A DNA stretch of 64,000 nt from a virus: the IMG/VR virus record IMGVR_UViG_3300032087_006189; one strand, 5' to 3'. Below the pieces are notes generated by a model. The model searched no databases. It was not told the origin of the DNA and saw nothing but the letters and a program-made list of their open reading frames with translations. This document shows positions 8,950 to 18,821 of the stretch, piece after piece. The position numbers and the translations under genes are program-made. Each line of letters opens with the position of its first letter. The first letter of the stretch is position 1.

Positions 8950-10352
8950 TCGATCTCGTAGCCAGCAACGTCGAGCATGTGGGCGGCGAGCTCAACGACA
9001 TCATCTGCCGAGGAGCGCTTTTCGCCCAGGTACTTCTTCCGCGCTTCGGGAGTCATCTCGGACCCGGCCGCGCTGCCGAGGAACCCACGGAGGGGGCGGT
9101 AAATACCCTTTTCGCGAAGATCCTTGTCCTTGGCGAGGGTGACTCCTACGCCTCCGCCGAGGGCGCCGCCGCCGAGGGCACCAAGAAGAGCTCCGCCAGC
9201 AGCGCCGGCCTTTCTCACCTTCTTGTTTGAGGTGAGTGCCCCGATCCCTGCGCCAAGAGCGCCGCCAGCTGCCGCACCCATGCCGTAGCCCTTGCCGTAG
9301 CCCTTGAGGTTCTTCTTCATCACGTCACCGGAGTGCAGGTACTGGCCCAGACCCCGATCACTCATGCGCTGTGCGCGCTCCGTAGCCATGTCGGTGTCTC
9401 GCTGACCCGCGCTCTCCATCCGGTCCTTCTTTGCTGCGATCTTCTCGGCGGTGTCGTACGCAACATCAGCGCCGAACTCATCGGAGATCATGAGAAGGGC
9501 TGCAATTTCTTCGCCGTCGAAGGAGGCGTTCTTCTCGGCCTTCTTCTTGTCGTGACGCTTCTTGAGGGCGTACGCGCCGCCGCCAGCGAGAGCGAGGCCG
9601 CCTGCAGCGAGGCCGCCCTTGGCAAGGTTGCTCATGCCCTTGCCCTTCTTGCCGGGAACCCTCTCCATGGCGCCCTTTGCGCGCCTGACGAGAGCCCGAG
9701 GATTCAGCCGCTCGTTGAGCTCGCTGGCCGAGGGGGCAGCGGCTTCCTTCTCGATCTCGTCGACGTATGCGCGAGCCATGTGACGGCCGAGGAGCTCAGC
9801 CTCAGCGAGCTTCTCCTGAGCGTCGGCGACCTTCTGGATTGCCTCTTCGTCGCCGATCTGCAGGGGCAGAACATTCTCGACGTAGTGATCGTACAGGTCA
9901 GTAAGCTCGTACTGGTTGAGCGCGTTGAGGTCGATGTCCTCTGCGGAAGCAGTCTTCTGGAACATGTCGAAGACGATCTCCTCATCGGAGGCCTGCTTCT
10001 CGCCCTCAAACGCCTCGATCTGCTCGGGCAGGACGTTCTCGACATAGTGGTTGTAGAGCTCTGCAAGCTCGTCGTCGGCCATCTCGTCGAGGTCAATGCC
10101 CTCAGCGGCGGCGGTCTTCTCGAACAGATCAACGATTTCGTCGTTCATGGCTGAAGCCTCTTTGGTGTTGTCCGCGTCGGACAGGTTGTTGGAAGCAAAA
10201 TGGGCGTACAGCTCTTCGACTTGATTCTCTTCAAGATCGTCGAGGTTCACGCCTTCGGCGGCAGCGGCCTTCTCAAAGAGACGGACAGATGCCGCCTTCT
10301 CCAGATCTTCAGCCGTGACGCCCCGTGCCTCAAGCTCCTCAAGGAGTGACAT
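8946..10352 (-). CDS. Acidic-repeat scaffold-like protein with C-terminal glycine zippers
   Basis: Probable start ATG 10352; three FxKxAxAE(G/D)(I/V)xL..LYxH repeats; about ten K-x-A motifs. Confidence 0.65.
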   Translation of the reverse strand: MSLLEELEARGVTAEDLEKAASVRLFEKAAAAEGVNLDDLEENQVEELYAHFASNNLSDADNTKEASAMNDEIVDLFEKTAAAEGIDLDEMADDELAELYNHYVENVLPEQIEAFEGEKQASDEEIVFDMFQKTASAEDIDLNALNQYELTDLYDHYVENVLPLQIGDEEAIQKVADAQEKLAEAELLGRHMARAYVDEIEKEAAAPSASELNERLNPRALVRRAKGAMERVPGKKGKGMSNLAKGGLAAGGLALAGGGAYALKKRHDKKKAEKNASFDGEEIAALLMISDEFGADVAYDTAEKIAAKKDRMESAGQRDTDMATERAQRMSDRGLGQYLHSGDVMKKNLKGYGKGYGMGAAAGGALGAGIGALTSNKKVRKAGAAGGALLGALGGGALGGGVGVTLAKDKDLREKGIYRPLRGFLGSAAGSEMTPEARKKYLGEKRSSADDVVELAAHMLDVAGYEID

Positions 10353-12285
10353 GGGTGCTCTCGTAGTTTTGGGATTGGTCGTGGTACGAGCGAGGGGCAT
10401 CTTCGGGAGAATCTCCCTCAGCCGGCTGCCCCAAGCCTAATGTAAGACCGGGCCAGTACGCAACATGTAGCATGATATTTGAAAGCTCGACAGAATCTTC
10501 CGCTGTTTTTGCGTCTTGAACAATGTCGTCCGAAAACACATTGGGCAGCGAGATTGCCGTAAGATCGGGCTTTTTCTCCACAATGCCCAGTCGGTAGGCG
10601 TTGTAGAGATCTCCGATCTCCTCGAGTCCATCAACATGCTCGAAACTCCCAATCTTATCCATGGGAGTCGCGCGAATGATGCGAATCTTGATGGCTGACG
10701 GAGCAAATGATCGCTTTCCGAGCATGGGACTCAGTGCATCGATCATGGACTCCATTGCCCCTTGGGGAACAAAGGATGCAGCGTCAAAGGGAGACGAAGA
10801 CATCCGAATAGGTCTGGGTGCGAACACTTGGCGATTGTCGAAGAGACGATCTGCCAACCCGCGATTCTTCTTCAGAAGGATAATTCTCTGGAACTCGTGA
10901 GGGCGAGCAACGATACCGAGTCGTGCGGCGGCACGGAGATTCGGTCCGGGGTTCTCTGCCATCCGGTCGAGAACATCCCGCGGAATCTCGGGGAGGCACA
11001 TCTCTTCTTTGCGGACAATGCTCATCTGCGAAGCAGACGGAGCAGGAATGCGCTTCAGCATCTCTGCGACCTTAGAAAAAGCCGCGGTCTTGATCCCCAT
11101 CAACTCATTTGCGCGATCATTGAAGATCTGCTTGAGGTGTGTGATCTGCTGGGGACTCACCCCGTATCGACGCTGGAATGTCTGAACAGAGATGTCTCGC
11201 CACATCTGAAGTTCGGCAGGAGACATTGTCCCCTGCACCAGTCGTTCTTCCGCCAACCGCTCCTGCATGAAGTACCGAAGTGCTTCACGCTCCAGAGGCG
11301 TAGATGCCGGAATCGTCTGGAGAACCCGAGTGAGTTTTTCTTCCAAAACAAAGTCAGGCATCGGAGCCGAAGCGGGAGCAGGCATTTCCTCTTCTGCGCT
11401 TGCTACTTTCACGACTCTCGGCATGAACGGGTAGATCTTCTGCGTGTACGCGCTCTGCCCCGCAATCCGATCGGTGACGTTCGACATCACCTTCGCAGAC
11501 CGCTCTGCTCCGACAAACACGAATGAGTCGTCGAAGAACCGTGGGTAGTCGTTGTATACGCCGCAGACTCGGCCATCGGGCAGCATCGCCTTCATGCCGT
11601 AAGGAGGAGCTGCGCCTCTCTGGACATGCTTGCAATACTCGAGAGGGGTTCTCGCGTGGTGGTCGCAGATCGAACAGCGGTCATACGGAACTTTTGATCC
11701 CATAGAGGAATCAGGGAACTCCCCATTCTCTATTCGCTGATAAAGATCGAGAGCGCCCATCTTCGCGCACATGTCTCGGATAAGCTCAGAAACGAGAATC
11801 ACTCGCTTCATCCGGTCATCCCAGAAGGCACCCAGAATGAATCCGTATGCCTTGTTGGGGTCTTTGTTGACGTGGTGCCGGAATCGATGTGCGTTGTAGA
11901 AGGTGGGGTAGCCCCAAGTCAGAGATCCCCAACGAGGAAGGGCCTCTGTTTGATTTGCGGCACGACGCCGGGCATCAATGTCCCACACGGGGATGTCTTC
12001 AAAACCTGGTGGAGTCCGACGAAGGCCCTCCTCGGTAAACCAGTCACCGCGGAGGTTGAAGCCGACGTACTCCCCTGCTCCCAAAGCTGAGTTGACCAAG
12101 TAGAGCCGACCAGGCTGTGCCTGAATCGACTCGATCAACTCAATGACTCCGGGGAGGTGTTCTCCAGAAGCGGTCTTGGTCAGGCCGTCAGTTTCGCCCA
12201 ATCCATAAGTCGACCCCGGCTCAACCCTGTGGATCAGGGGAGAGCCGGTGTCAGACTTGCCAGAGAACAGAGAGTACTTCTCCAT
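10339..12285 (-). CDS. Putative prohead (maturation) protease
   Basis: N.RGDWF, FRHHVNKDP..AYG and SSMGSKVPYDRCSIC..C.H give a His/Ser arrangement like HK97/assemblin-fold phage proteases, plus a Zn motif; lies upstream of the scaffold and MCP genes. Confidence 0.6.
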   Translation of the reverse strand: MEKYSLFSGKSDTGSPLIHRVEPGSTYGLGETDGLTKTASGEHLPGVIELIESIQAQPGRLYLVNSALGAGEYVGFNLRGDWFTEEGLRRTPPGFEDIPVWDIDARRRAANQTEALPRWGSLTWGYPTFYNAHRFRHHVNKDPNKAYGFILGAFWDDRMKRVILVSELIRDMCAKMGALDLYQRIENGEFPDSSMGSKVPYDRCSICDHHARTPLEYCKHVQRGAAPPYGMKAMLPDGRVCGVYNDYPRFFDDSFVFVGAERSAKVMSNVTDRIAGQSAYTQKIYPFMPRVVKVASAEEEMPAPASAPMPDFVLEEKLTRVLQTIPASTPLEREALRYFMQERLAEERLVQGTMSPAELQMWRDISVQTFQRRYGVSPQQITHLKQIFNDRANELMGIKTAAFSKVAEMLKRIPAPSASQMSIVRKEEMCLPEIPRDVLDRMAENPGPNLRAAARLGIVARPHEFQRIILLKKNRGLADRLFDNRQVFAPRPIRMSSSPFDAASFVPQGAMESMIDALSPMLGKRSFAPSAIKIRIIRATPMDKIGSFEHVDGLEEIGDLYNAYRLGIVEKKPDLTAISLPNVFSDDIVQDAKTAEDSVELSNIMLHVAYWPGLTLGLGQPAEGDSPEDAPRSYHDQSQNYESTHVTP

Positions 12286-12845
12286 CAGTCGCCCAGTTCG
12301 CCAATGAACTGAGTCAGCGGCTTCATGGTTGTCTTTGCGCCTTCCATGCCTGCTGCCTGAGCAGGGGAGGTTCCCTTACCCTGGATGCTTTGAAGCAGGG
12401 CGGGATCGAAGCGCGGCGCACTCGAGGGATCGTCGGGATCCATTCGGTTGGTCATCACCATGTCGAGAACGGTGCCGGCAATCAGCGGGTCCTTGGAGTA
12501 GTCGGGGTTGACGCTACGGAGCGTCTTGAACGCCATGCGCAGGTTGGGATCATCTGCGCTGCCAAGCTGAGGATTCACCTCGACGACTCGCTTCAGGTCG
12601 CGGTTGAACATCATCGCGTTCATGCCGCCCTCGATTGCCTGCGGAATCTTCGAGCCCGCGTAGGCAAGGGTCGGCGCCGCAACTGCAAGGCCGCCAAGCC
12701 GGAGAGCTGCCTTGTTATCGAGATTGAAGGCCGCCGACTTGCTGAGATCGGATGCGAACTTCTCGAGCCCTTGGAGCTCCTCTTCCGAGATCTCTCCACG
12801 GGCAAACGCAGCGTATGCTTCTGCTGGGACTTCAACTGACATCAC
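12285..12845 (-). CDS. Hypothetical head-region protein with hydrophobic segment
   Basis: EKFAS and SKSAA followed by LGGLAVAAPTLAYAG. Confidence 0.6.
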   Translation of the reverse strand: MMSVEVPAEAYAAFARGEISEEELQGLEKFASDLSKSAAFNLDNKAALRLGGLAVAAPTLAYAGSKIPQAIEGGMNAMMFNRDLKRVVEVNPQLGSADDPNLRMAFKTLRSVNPDYSKDPLIAGTVLDMVMTNRMDPDDPSSAPRFDPALLQSIQGKGTSPAQAAGMEGAKTTMKPLTQFIGELGD

Positions 12846-14290
12846 TGGCCTCCGCCGGGCGTGAATTTGGGATCATTGAGGGCAGATTTCATGCCCTTGT
12901 AGCCGCCGTAGCCTACGCCTGCTGTGGCAAGACCGGCAGTGCCGACCAACGCCGCTCTTTTCGTGTCTTTCATTGCCGCGTCTGCGATATTTCCGGCTGT
13001 TCGAAACATTGCTCCCGGCGCAGCTTTGACAGCCTTTCCGAGACCCTCGACGATGCCGGCACTCTTCTCACCAAAGAGCGCCGACTTGAGGGCCTCATCT
13101 GCGTAGGCCAGGTTCTGCTCGATGTCGCCAAGCGCGATCTCGAGATGAACTCGCTGGTTCTCCAACGCGGCAACCTTCGTGAAGGCAGAAGGAAGGGGGT
13201 GGTTCGGGTTCACGTCACCAAAGGAGGCGTGTTTGTTGATCCCGAGACCAACTGTCTTCTGAACCTTGGTGTTCAGAAACTCGGAGAGATCGGACGCAAC
13301 CTTCACCGCGCTCTGCTGAGAAGTCTGGTCCCAGTCGGTGCCGTTAAAGCACGCATGGAGGATGTCCTCAAGCGCAGCGCCATCCTTATAGGTGGCGTAT
13401 GCGATCTTCGACAGCTCCCGACGCGCAGACATCAGAGCCGTGTCTGATGCAGCGAGATCGGAGCGGATCTTGGCAGCGGCCTCCTTCGTAGCGGAGTGCA
13501 GCTTGCGAAGATCGTGCATTCCCTGAGCCTGCGCATACGGATCGTGGTGGTCCGTGCTCGCAGTCTTCATCACCTCATCAAACGCATTTGCGGGCTTGAA
13601 CTTGAATCTACGAACTTCGGGAGCAGAAGCAGACTTCACCATGTCGAACCGATGGAGGATGTGGTGCCCAGGATCGTACAGTACCTGTCGCGTCCCACCA
13701 GACATGTCTTGATAGGTGCGCGCGTTCTTGGGGTTTGAGACATCAGAAAGAGGGACCTTTCTCTGGTCATGCACGATAGGCGGGGAGCCTCTGCGCTGGC
13801 TGACAGATTGAAGCTTCGAAAAGACGGACGGGGCGAGACCCTTGTACGCCCCCGATTTGCTCTTCCACTCTTTTTGTCGGCTGCGGATACCGGAAAGGTC
13901 TCCGTGGCTTGGCCTGTCTCCGGGAGACAGCATGTGGACCGATCTGGAAGCCGTTTTTTCTGTCATAAGTCCACCGCTGGGAAGAGTTGTAGCCCTCTGG
14001 GCAGATGCGACCTTCTCGGACTGAAGGATCTCGGCTGCGATCTGCGCATCCGGCGGATCGAACACGATGTATTGATCGGCCCCACATGCCTGCTTGTGCA
14101 TGCGCTCGTATGTATCGTGGTATGTCATTTCGCAAATACGGCGCACATGCTCGGAGGTGAGGTGTGCGCCACATGCACTCGCCTGCTTCACCACTGCTTC
14201 GGTGAGGGGAGTGCCGTTTGCGAGGAAGTCTGAAGACGCACTTCGGGCCAGGCCCTTCAGGTAGTCTTTGGTGATTGTAGGGCCAAACAT
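12842..14290 (-). CDS. Head-region protein with many K-x-A motifs
   Basis: VKQAS, EKVAS, EKTAS, VKSAS, MKTAS, TKEAA, VKVAS, NKHAS, TKVAA, EKSAG; Gly-rich C-terminal segment. Confidence 0.65.
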   Translation of the reverse strand: MFGPTITKDYLKGLARSASSDFLANGTPLTEAVVKQASACGAHLTSEHVRRICEMTYHDTYERMHKQACGADQYIVFDPPDAQIAAEILQSEKVASAQRATTLPSGGLMTEKTASRSVHMLSPGDRPSHGDLSGIRSRQKEWKSKSGAYKGLAPSVFSKLQSVSQRRGSPPIVHDQRKVPLSDVSNPKNARTYQDMSGGTRQVLYDPGHHILHRFDMVKSASAPEVRRFKFKPANAFDEVMKTASTDHHDPYAQAQGMHDLRKLHSATKEAAAKIRSDLAASDTALMSARRELSKIAYATYKDGAALEDILHACFNGTDWDQTSQQSAVKVASDLSEFLNTKVQKTVGLGINKHASFGDVNPNHPLPSAFTKVAALENQRVHLEIALGDIEQNLAYADEALKSALFGEKSAGIVEGLGKAVKAAPGAMFRTAGNIADAAMKDTKRAALVGTAGLATAGVGYGGYKGMKSALNDPKFTPGGGQ

Positions 14291-14309
14291 TCAGAATCCA
14301 GGAGACCTG

Positions 14310-14984
14310 ATGAAGTTCACGATGACCGTAGAAGAAGCGGCCCGCGTCCTTAGCAAGAGCGACCGCACTATACGAAACTACATCAAGAACGGGCAACTTT
14401 CCAGTATCAGAAAAGGAAGGACCCGTCTACTTGACCCGGAAGAAGTCCACGAGCTGCATACGGAAGGCGCACTTCCCCGGGTCAGTATGTCCGAGATTCG
14501 GACCATGCGGGCACAGATTCGCAGACTTGAGGCAGAGATGGCAGTTGTCCAGCATGTGCTGGACCTGAAGAATGAATCCCTTGGAGTAACGGAAGAGTAC
14601 GCAAAGGGATTGATGGACGCTGCGACGGAGCAGTTTGGTAGACCCGCGGGCTCATATACGATTCGAGAATACGAGAGCTGGGCTGACATCTTTGCGCGAA
14701 TGGACGAAAACGACATTCAGCGTCTGTGTGTCGCAGTTCAGAACCCAGATGCGTGGAAGCTCTTTCTTCGTCTGAGCGCGAGGATGGTGAGCGAAGTCAC
14801 ACTGAGCGCGGACTACACATCCTCTCTTGCACTTCAGCAGGTTCATCGACTGCTTGCAGATGCGAAGAGGCGGTTCCGCATCAGCTGCTTTGTGTACGCA
14901 GAGATGACTCGGGGGCTGCCTCCCGAGATCAGAGAGAATCCCACCGTAAAGGAAGATCTCTTTGAACGGCTAAAATCACAATAA
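14310..14984 (+). CDS. HTH DNA-binding protein (excisionase/MerR-like HTH plus coiled coil)
   Basis: MTVEEAARVLSKSDRTIRNYIKNGQL; AGGAG RBS before ATG 14310. Confidence 0.75.
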   Translation: MKFTMTVEEAARVLSKSDRTIRNYIKNGQLSSIRKGRTRLLDPEEVHELHTEGALPRVSMSEIRTMRAQIRRLEAEMAVVQHVLDLKNESLGVTEEYAKGLMDAATEQFGRPAGSYTIREYESWADIFARMDENDIQRLCVAVQNPDAWKLFLRLSARMVSEVTLSADYTSSLALQQVHRLLADAKRRFRISCFVYAEMTRGLPPEIRENPTVKEDLFERLKSQ

Positions 14985-14989
14985 AAATC

Positions 14990-14996
14990 GTCATAA
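14990..14996 (+). promoter_or_regulatory. GTCATAA putative phage promoter element
   Basis: In an AT-rich gap 25 nt before ATG 15022; the same motif precedes three other + strand starts. Confidence 0.55.
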
Positions 14997-15021
14997 CTTA
15001 TTTGCACCAAAGGAGTAGCAT

Positions 15022-15549
15022 ATGGCAAAACCGCCTACCAAAGCCGAGATTCAGGCTGAAAACGACAAGCTGAAGAAGCAACTGGCGGAAGCAGCGAAAG
15101 AGATCAACGATCTCGAAGAAGCGGTTGAAACCCGAGAAGAAACGATTGAGCAGCTTCGGGAAGAAGCAAATCAGATGAACCACACCTTCTTGGGAGCGGT
15201 ATCTGCGCAGCCTCCCGGAGAAATGAAGGCCTACACGAAGTATAGCTACTTCGTGGAAAAGAAGATGGGACTCGGCAGGAACGGTAAGAGGCTTCTTCAC
15301 GGAGGCGTTACCGCCGGAGCCACCTACGGAGTTGGCAAGTACCTCGGCACTGAAGCCATCGTAGACAATCCGCTGGCCAGCATGGCAGTTGCGGCCGGTG
15401 TTGGCATCGTGGGAACTGCAATCCTGGACGCAACCGTCATGGACAAGCAGGAGATGCTCAAGATGCGACTTGCTGAGCTGGATGAGATGACCAAGAAAGA
15501 ACAGGTCGAACTCGTACAAGCAGCTGTTGCCGCGAAGGCTGCAAGCTGA
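15022..15549 (+). CDS. Coiled-coil membrane protein
   Basis: N-terminal coiled coil, hydrophobic MAVAAGVGIVGTAIL segment; AAGGAG RBS. Confidence 0.7.
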   Translation: MAKPPTKAEIQAENDKLKKQLAEAAKEINDLEEAVETREETIEQLREEANQMNHTFLGAVSAQPPGEMKAYTKYSYFVEKKMGLGRNGKRLLHGGVTAGATYGVGKYLGTEAIVDNPLASMAVAAGVGIVGTAILDATVMDKQEMLKMRLAELDEMTKKEQVELVQAAVAAKAAS

Positions 15550-15555
15550 CCCACA

Positions 15556-15587
15556 GGACTGATCCCCGCTTCGGCGGGGGTCAGTCC
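15556..15587. terminator. Hairpin between convergent genes
   Basis: GGACTGATCCCCGC-TTCG-GCGGGGGTCAGTCC, a 14-bp stem with UUCG loop. Confidence 0.7.
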
Positions 15588-17308
15588 ACGTCCAGTTCCC
15601 GGTCGATTTTAGCACTCGGAACCAGAATGTCAGGGCGCGGATTGTCGATCATGGACACGATGAAGCAAAGCAACAGCGCATGGAAGCTGTCGTCCGTCGT
15701 GTTCGGAGACTTCTTGTACTCCGTCATCCGAGTCCGCTCGTTGTACTCGGAGAAGATGGCCAGCATGTCGGACGCAAAGGGGCTGCGCCACTCGGACCAC
15801 TTCGGAAACCGGAAGACCGACCTTCTTTTTAGCGCATTGAATACGGCGCTCATCACTTCAGAGCGGTGGATGAGGAACCGACCCTTTGCTGAGTCGTACT
15901 TCATGATCGTCTTCGGCGTCGAGTACTGGTAGCGAACAACTCTCTGCGACCCGTACATTCGAAGGAGCTCATCGTTCGGCCAGTAGCCGCCACCATAATC
16001 CACTCCAACTCTTGCAATCTTGAACGCAGCAAGGAGCTTCTTGATCTTCTCGATCTGCTGCTTCGGCTCTGCTTCAGCACCGCTGAACCGGTGCGCGAAG
16101 ATGATGCGGAAGAAGCCGTCGATATACGCTCCGATCATAATGATCGTGTAGGAGTTGTTGCTGTCCTGTCCCCAGTCGATTCCCGCATAGACCTTCTTGC
16201 CGCGGATCTTGGGCATGATCTCCTGCAGCTTTTCTGCTTTTGCCGAGAAGTTCTCATCGCAGTTGGCCTGCACATCCCCTCGAGTGAGCGGCCGCTGCCC
16301 TGAGTCAAAGCTCATTCCCAGCACCTCGTTGTAGAACTTGGCGCGCGGGTACTGGTTGTACTTTGTGAGGATGTTGCTCCACTCAAGCCAGGGGACCATC
16401 AGCTGCGGAACCCGGAATCCCTCAAAGGTATCGAACTTCGGATTGGGGTTCCCGGTGCGAACCCACTGCGACATGGGATGGTCAGGCTTGATCAGCTCTC
16501 CACACTTGTCGCACGAGAGCCCCTTGAGGCCAATGTTCTTCTCGCCAAGGATATTCCAATGCCAAGAGCCAGGGTTGTTGGGAAGGCCATGACGATCGCA
16601 AGGGACAGCCCACTCATTTTGAGTAGAGTACGCATCCCAGTAGACCTGGATCGGGTTGTCGAGTGACTTCGGTGTCCCACTGTAGATGAACCACTTGAAC
16701 GGGCTGTGAGAGGCGGCCTCTTCAATGACCGGGATGTTGTCGAGCAAGAGGTCTTGGAACTCATCCATGCAGATGAGATCGGCACTGAGTCCGCGACATC
16801 TATCTGCGTTGAGGAACGCGTAGCGAAGTTTGATCTCGCTACGGTTGATCGCCTTCTTCTCGAAGACGTTGTCCGTGAGGTGCGTGGGGAACCAGGTCTT
16901 CAGATCTGGACACGTCTCGAGCGGCTCCTTCAGACGAGTCTTGGAGAACTCCTTCGTCTGCGTACTTGAGGGAGAGACATACAAAATCCTGAAGTGGGGA
17001 ATCAGGCAGGCGTAGGCCAAAGTCTTGTTTCCGAGCGTGGTGCTCTTCTCGACCTGCCGGCCACACATCAGCAGGACTCTGGGTGCCTGGATGTCGTAGA
17101 TCTCCCGCAGGTATCCCCGCTCTGCAAACGAGAAGTTCTCCAGTTGCCGCGTGTGCGGATTTGGCATCTGAACTGTGGTCTCAATGAACTGAGACGGCAT
17201 CAGAGGAATCTGCGCATTTCGCAGATCTTGATCTTTGACCCGCTCCTTATCTCCACGGGGAGGGGTGTAGTCCCAAGGTCCAGACAGATCTGCGGGGGAA
17301 AATGACAC
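15581..17308 (-). CDS. terL: Terminase large subunit (lambda GpA-like)
   Basis: Walker A CGRQVEKST, Walker B MDEFQD, SGTPK, Zn knuckle, nuclease AGIDWG and DDSFHA; probable GTG start at 17308 with GGAG RBS. Confidence 0.9.
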   Translation of the reverse strand: MSFSPADLSGPWDYTPPRGDKERVKDQDLRNAQIPLMPSQFIETTVQMPNPHTRQLENFSFAERGYLREIYDIQAPRVLLMCGRQVEKSTTLGNKTLAYACLIPHFRILYVSPSSTQTKEFSKTRLKEPLETCPDLKTWFPTHLTDNVFEKKAINRSEIKLRYAFLNADRCRGLSADLICMDEFQDLLLDNIPVIEEAASHSPFKWFIYSGTPKSLDNPIQVYWDAYSTQNEWAVPCDRHGLPNNPGSWHWNILGEKNIGLKGLSCDKCGELIKPDHPMSQWVRTGNPNPKFDTFEGFRVPQLMVPWLEWSNILTKYNQYPRAKFYNEVLGMSFDSGQRPLTRGDVQANCDENFSAKAEKLQEIMPKIRGKKVYAGIDWGQDSNNSYTIIMIGAYIDGFFRIIFAHRFSGAEAEPKQQIEKIKKLLAAFKIARVGVDYGGGYWPNDELLRMYGSQRVVRYQYSTPKTIMKYDSAKGRFLIHRSEVMSAVFNALKRRSVFRFPKWSEWRSPFASDMLAIFSEYNERTRMTEYKKSPNTTDDSFHALLLCFIVSMIDNPRPDILVPSAKIDRELDVD

Positions 17309-17317
17309 GGATTCTCC

Positions 17318-17324
17318 GTCATAA
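17318..17324 (+). promoter_or_regulatory. GTCATAA putative phage promoter element
   Basis: 33 nt before ATG 17358. Confidence 0.55.
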
Positions 17325-17357
17325 GTACTGTGCTCACAAGTATAGCAAGGAGGTACT

Positions 17358-17936
17358 ATGAGCAAGATCATCTGTGGATACGACATCCGCCCCGTCCGGG
17401 GCTCCGAGCTTCACCTTCTGGTGGGGCACATTTTGGACTTGGAGACGCTGACTGTCTCCACGGCCATTCGCATGGCCGACAGGGATCCCAGCAACTTGGA
17501 AAACTGGGTGAAAGACCGACAGTCCAAGTTCGGCTCCGAGATCTCAGTCGAAGCCGGAAAGCGGGTCAACTGGAAGCTGTCTGGAACAGAGACCACCGGA
17601 AAGGTCCGGGGCCACTCTGTCACGGTCGATGCCCGGTTTGGTGTCCGGGCGTGGGTGTGGATGGAGATGAACGGAGACCGAGGGGCACCTGTGAATGTTC
17701 CCGTCCTCATCGCTGAGGAAAAGCCAGAGGATGTGGAAATCGAAGACGAGAGTGTCAACGAGGTGATCCAGAACCTCGTCGGGGGTACGATGGAGTACCT
17801 GATGAACGCATACCCGCTCCGGTCGATCTGGCCGGTACGGAGAGAGTGGCATGGCCGATACATCCCCGACCTCATCCCGCCCGCTGCCGATGAGCCTGCG
17901 CTGGATTCCGGCAGCAGCGAAGAGCTTCGAGCGTAG
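17358..17936 (+). CDS. Hypothetical protein
   Basis: AAGGAGG RBS; 192 aa. Confidence 0.7.
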   Translation: MSKIICGYDIRPVRGSELHLLVGHILDLETLTVSTAIRMADRDPSNLENWVKDRQSKFGSEISVEAGKRVNWKLSGTETTGKVRGHSVTVDARFGVRAWVWMEMNGDRGAPVNVPVLIAEEKPEDVEIEDESVNEVIQNLVGGTMEYLMNAYPLRSIWPVRREWHGRYIPDLIPPAADEPALDSGSSEELRA

Positions 17937-18189
17937 CCTTCTGGGCGCGCTCTACGGCTGGGACATACTGCCGCAGGTGGACCCCCTGAAATGGGTGTTC
18001 CACCTGCGGCTGAAGCGGCACATCCACAAAGATGAGGTCCCCTTTTTTAGGTCCCTCCTGAAGGAGTGGTGCGAAGCCAATGATGCCGTATACAAGAAAT
18101 CCCACTGGAAGAAGTGGGATTTCAAAGCAGTGATCTTGATCAAGGGACTTGGGCCGGTGCAGGACAACTCACCATTTGAAGTAAAGTAA
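17890..18189 (+). CDS. Hypothetical protein
   Basis: Probable start MSLRWIP; ends just before a convergent gene. Confidence 0.55.
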   Translation: MSLRWIPAAAKSFERSLLGALYGWDILPQVDPLKWVFHLRLKRHIHKDEVPFFRSLLKEWCEANDAVYKKSHWKKWDFKAVILIKGLGPVQDNSPFEVK

Positions 18190-18197
18190 AGACTTAC

Positions 18198-18821
18198 CTA
18201 CTTTTGCCGCTTGATGTTTTCAGCGGCAAGTCCGCTTGCCGCTCTGTTTGATATCATTTCGTTTAGCTGTTGTGGATGCCGGCGCAGCCTGCTTGCTATT
18301 GCATTTCTCGACCGTTGGTCTGCGTACTCCTGCCGGATTGTCCGAGAAAAGACTTTGAGCTGTTCCGGCGGAATTCCTCCGCGATGATTTAGAGCCGGGG
18401 AAAAAATAGCAGTGCCAAATGCTCCACTGGCCTCCGGACTCTTCATAGAAAGTCTCTTTTTGACCTTGTCATCTACATAGACAGCGTAGACATCCGACGT
18501 ATCACGGGTGTCAAACCAAGTTTTGCCGTAGTGCCCGAACGCTTGGGCATAGTTGGGCAGTGGGCTCAGATACACCGATTTTTGCTGGAGCGCAGATCGG
18601 GCGATTTCTTTTTTCGCGAGACGATCAGAAAAGCCTTTGCTCGCTTGTCGGCCCAGTCCACCCGGAGTCAGTCCGTCTTTTTCAATTGCTTTTCTGCGGT
18701 CAGTAGTGGTTCCGTGAAACAGCCAAAAGCCTTTGGGGCGTTTGGGATCGACAAAAAGACCCCTCTTGGAGTCGTACCTTATATTCTCAGGAAGACCTGA
18801 GACATAGGCAGTCTTCTTCAT
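18198..18821 (-). CDS. ADP-ribosyltransferase-fold protein (Tpt1/KptA-like)
   Basis: LFHGTT...AIEKDGL, SVYLS....A..F, VYAVYVD, GGIPPEQL. Confidence 0.65.
   Translation of the reverse strand: MKKTAYVSGLPENIRYDSKRGLFVDPKRPKGFWLFHGTTTDRRKAIEKDGLTPGGLGRQASKGFSDRLAKKEIARSALQQKSVYLSPLPNYAQAFGHYGKTWFDTRDTSDVYAVYVDDKVKKRLSMKSPEASGAFGTAIFSPALNHRGGIPPEQLKVFSRTIRQEYADQRSRNAIASRLRRHPQQLNEMISNRAASGLAAENIKRQK

Noticed and set aside
14310-14984. Excisionase-like HTH as sign of a prophage
   Set aside because: No integrase, att-like repeat or host genes in the window; more simply a regulator.
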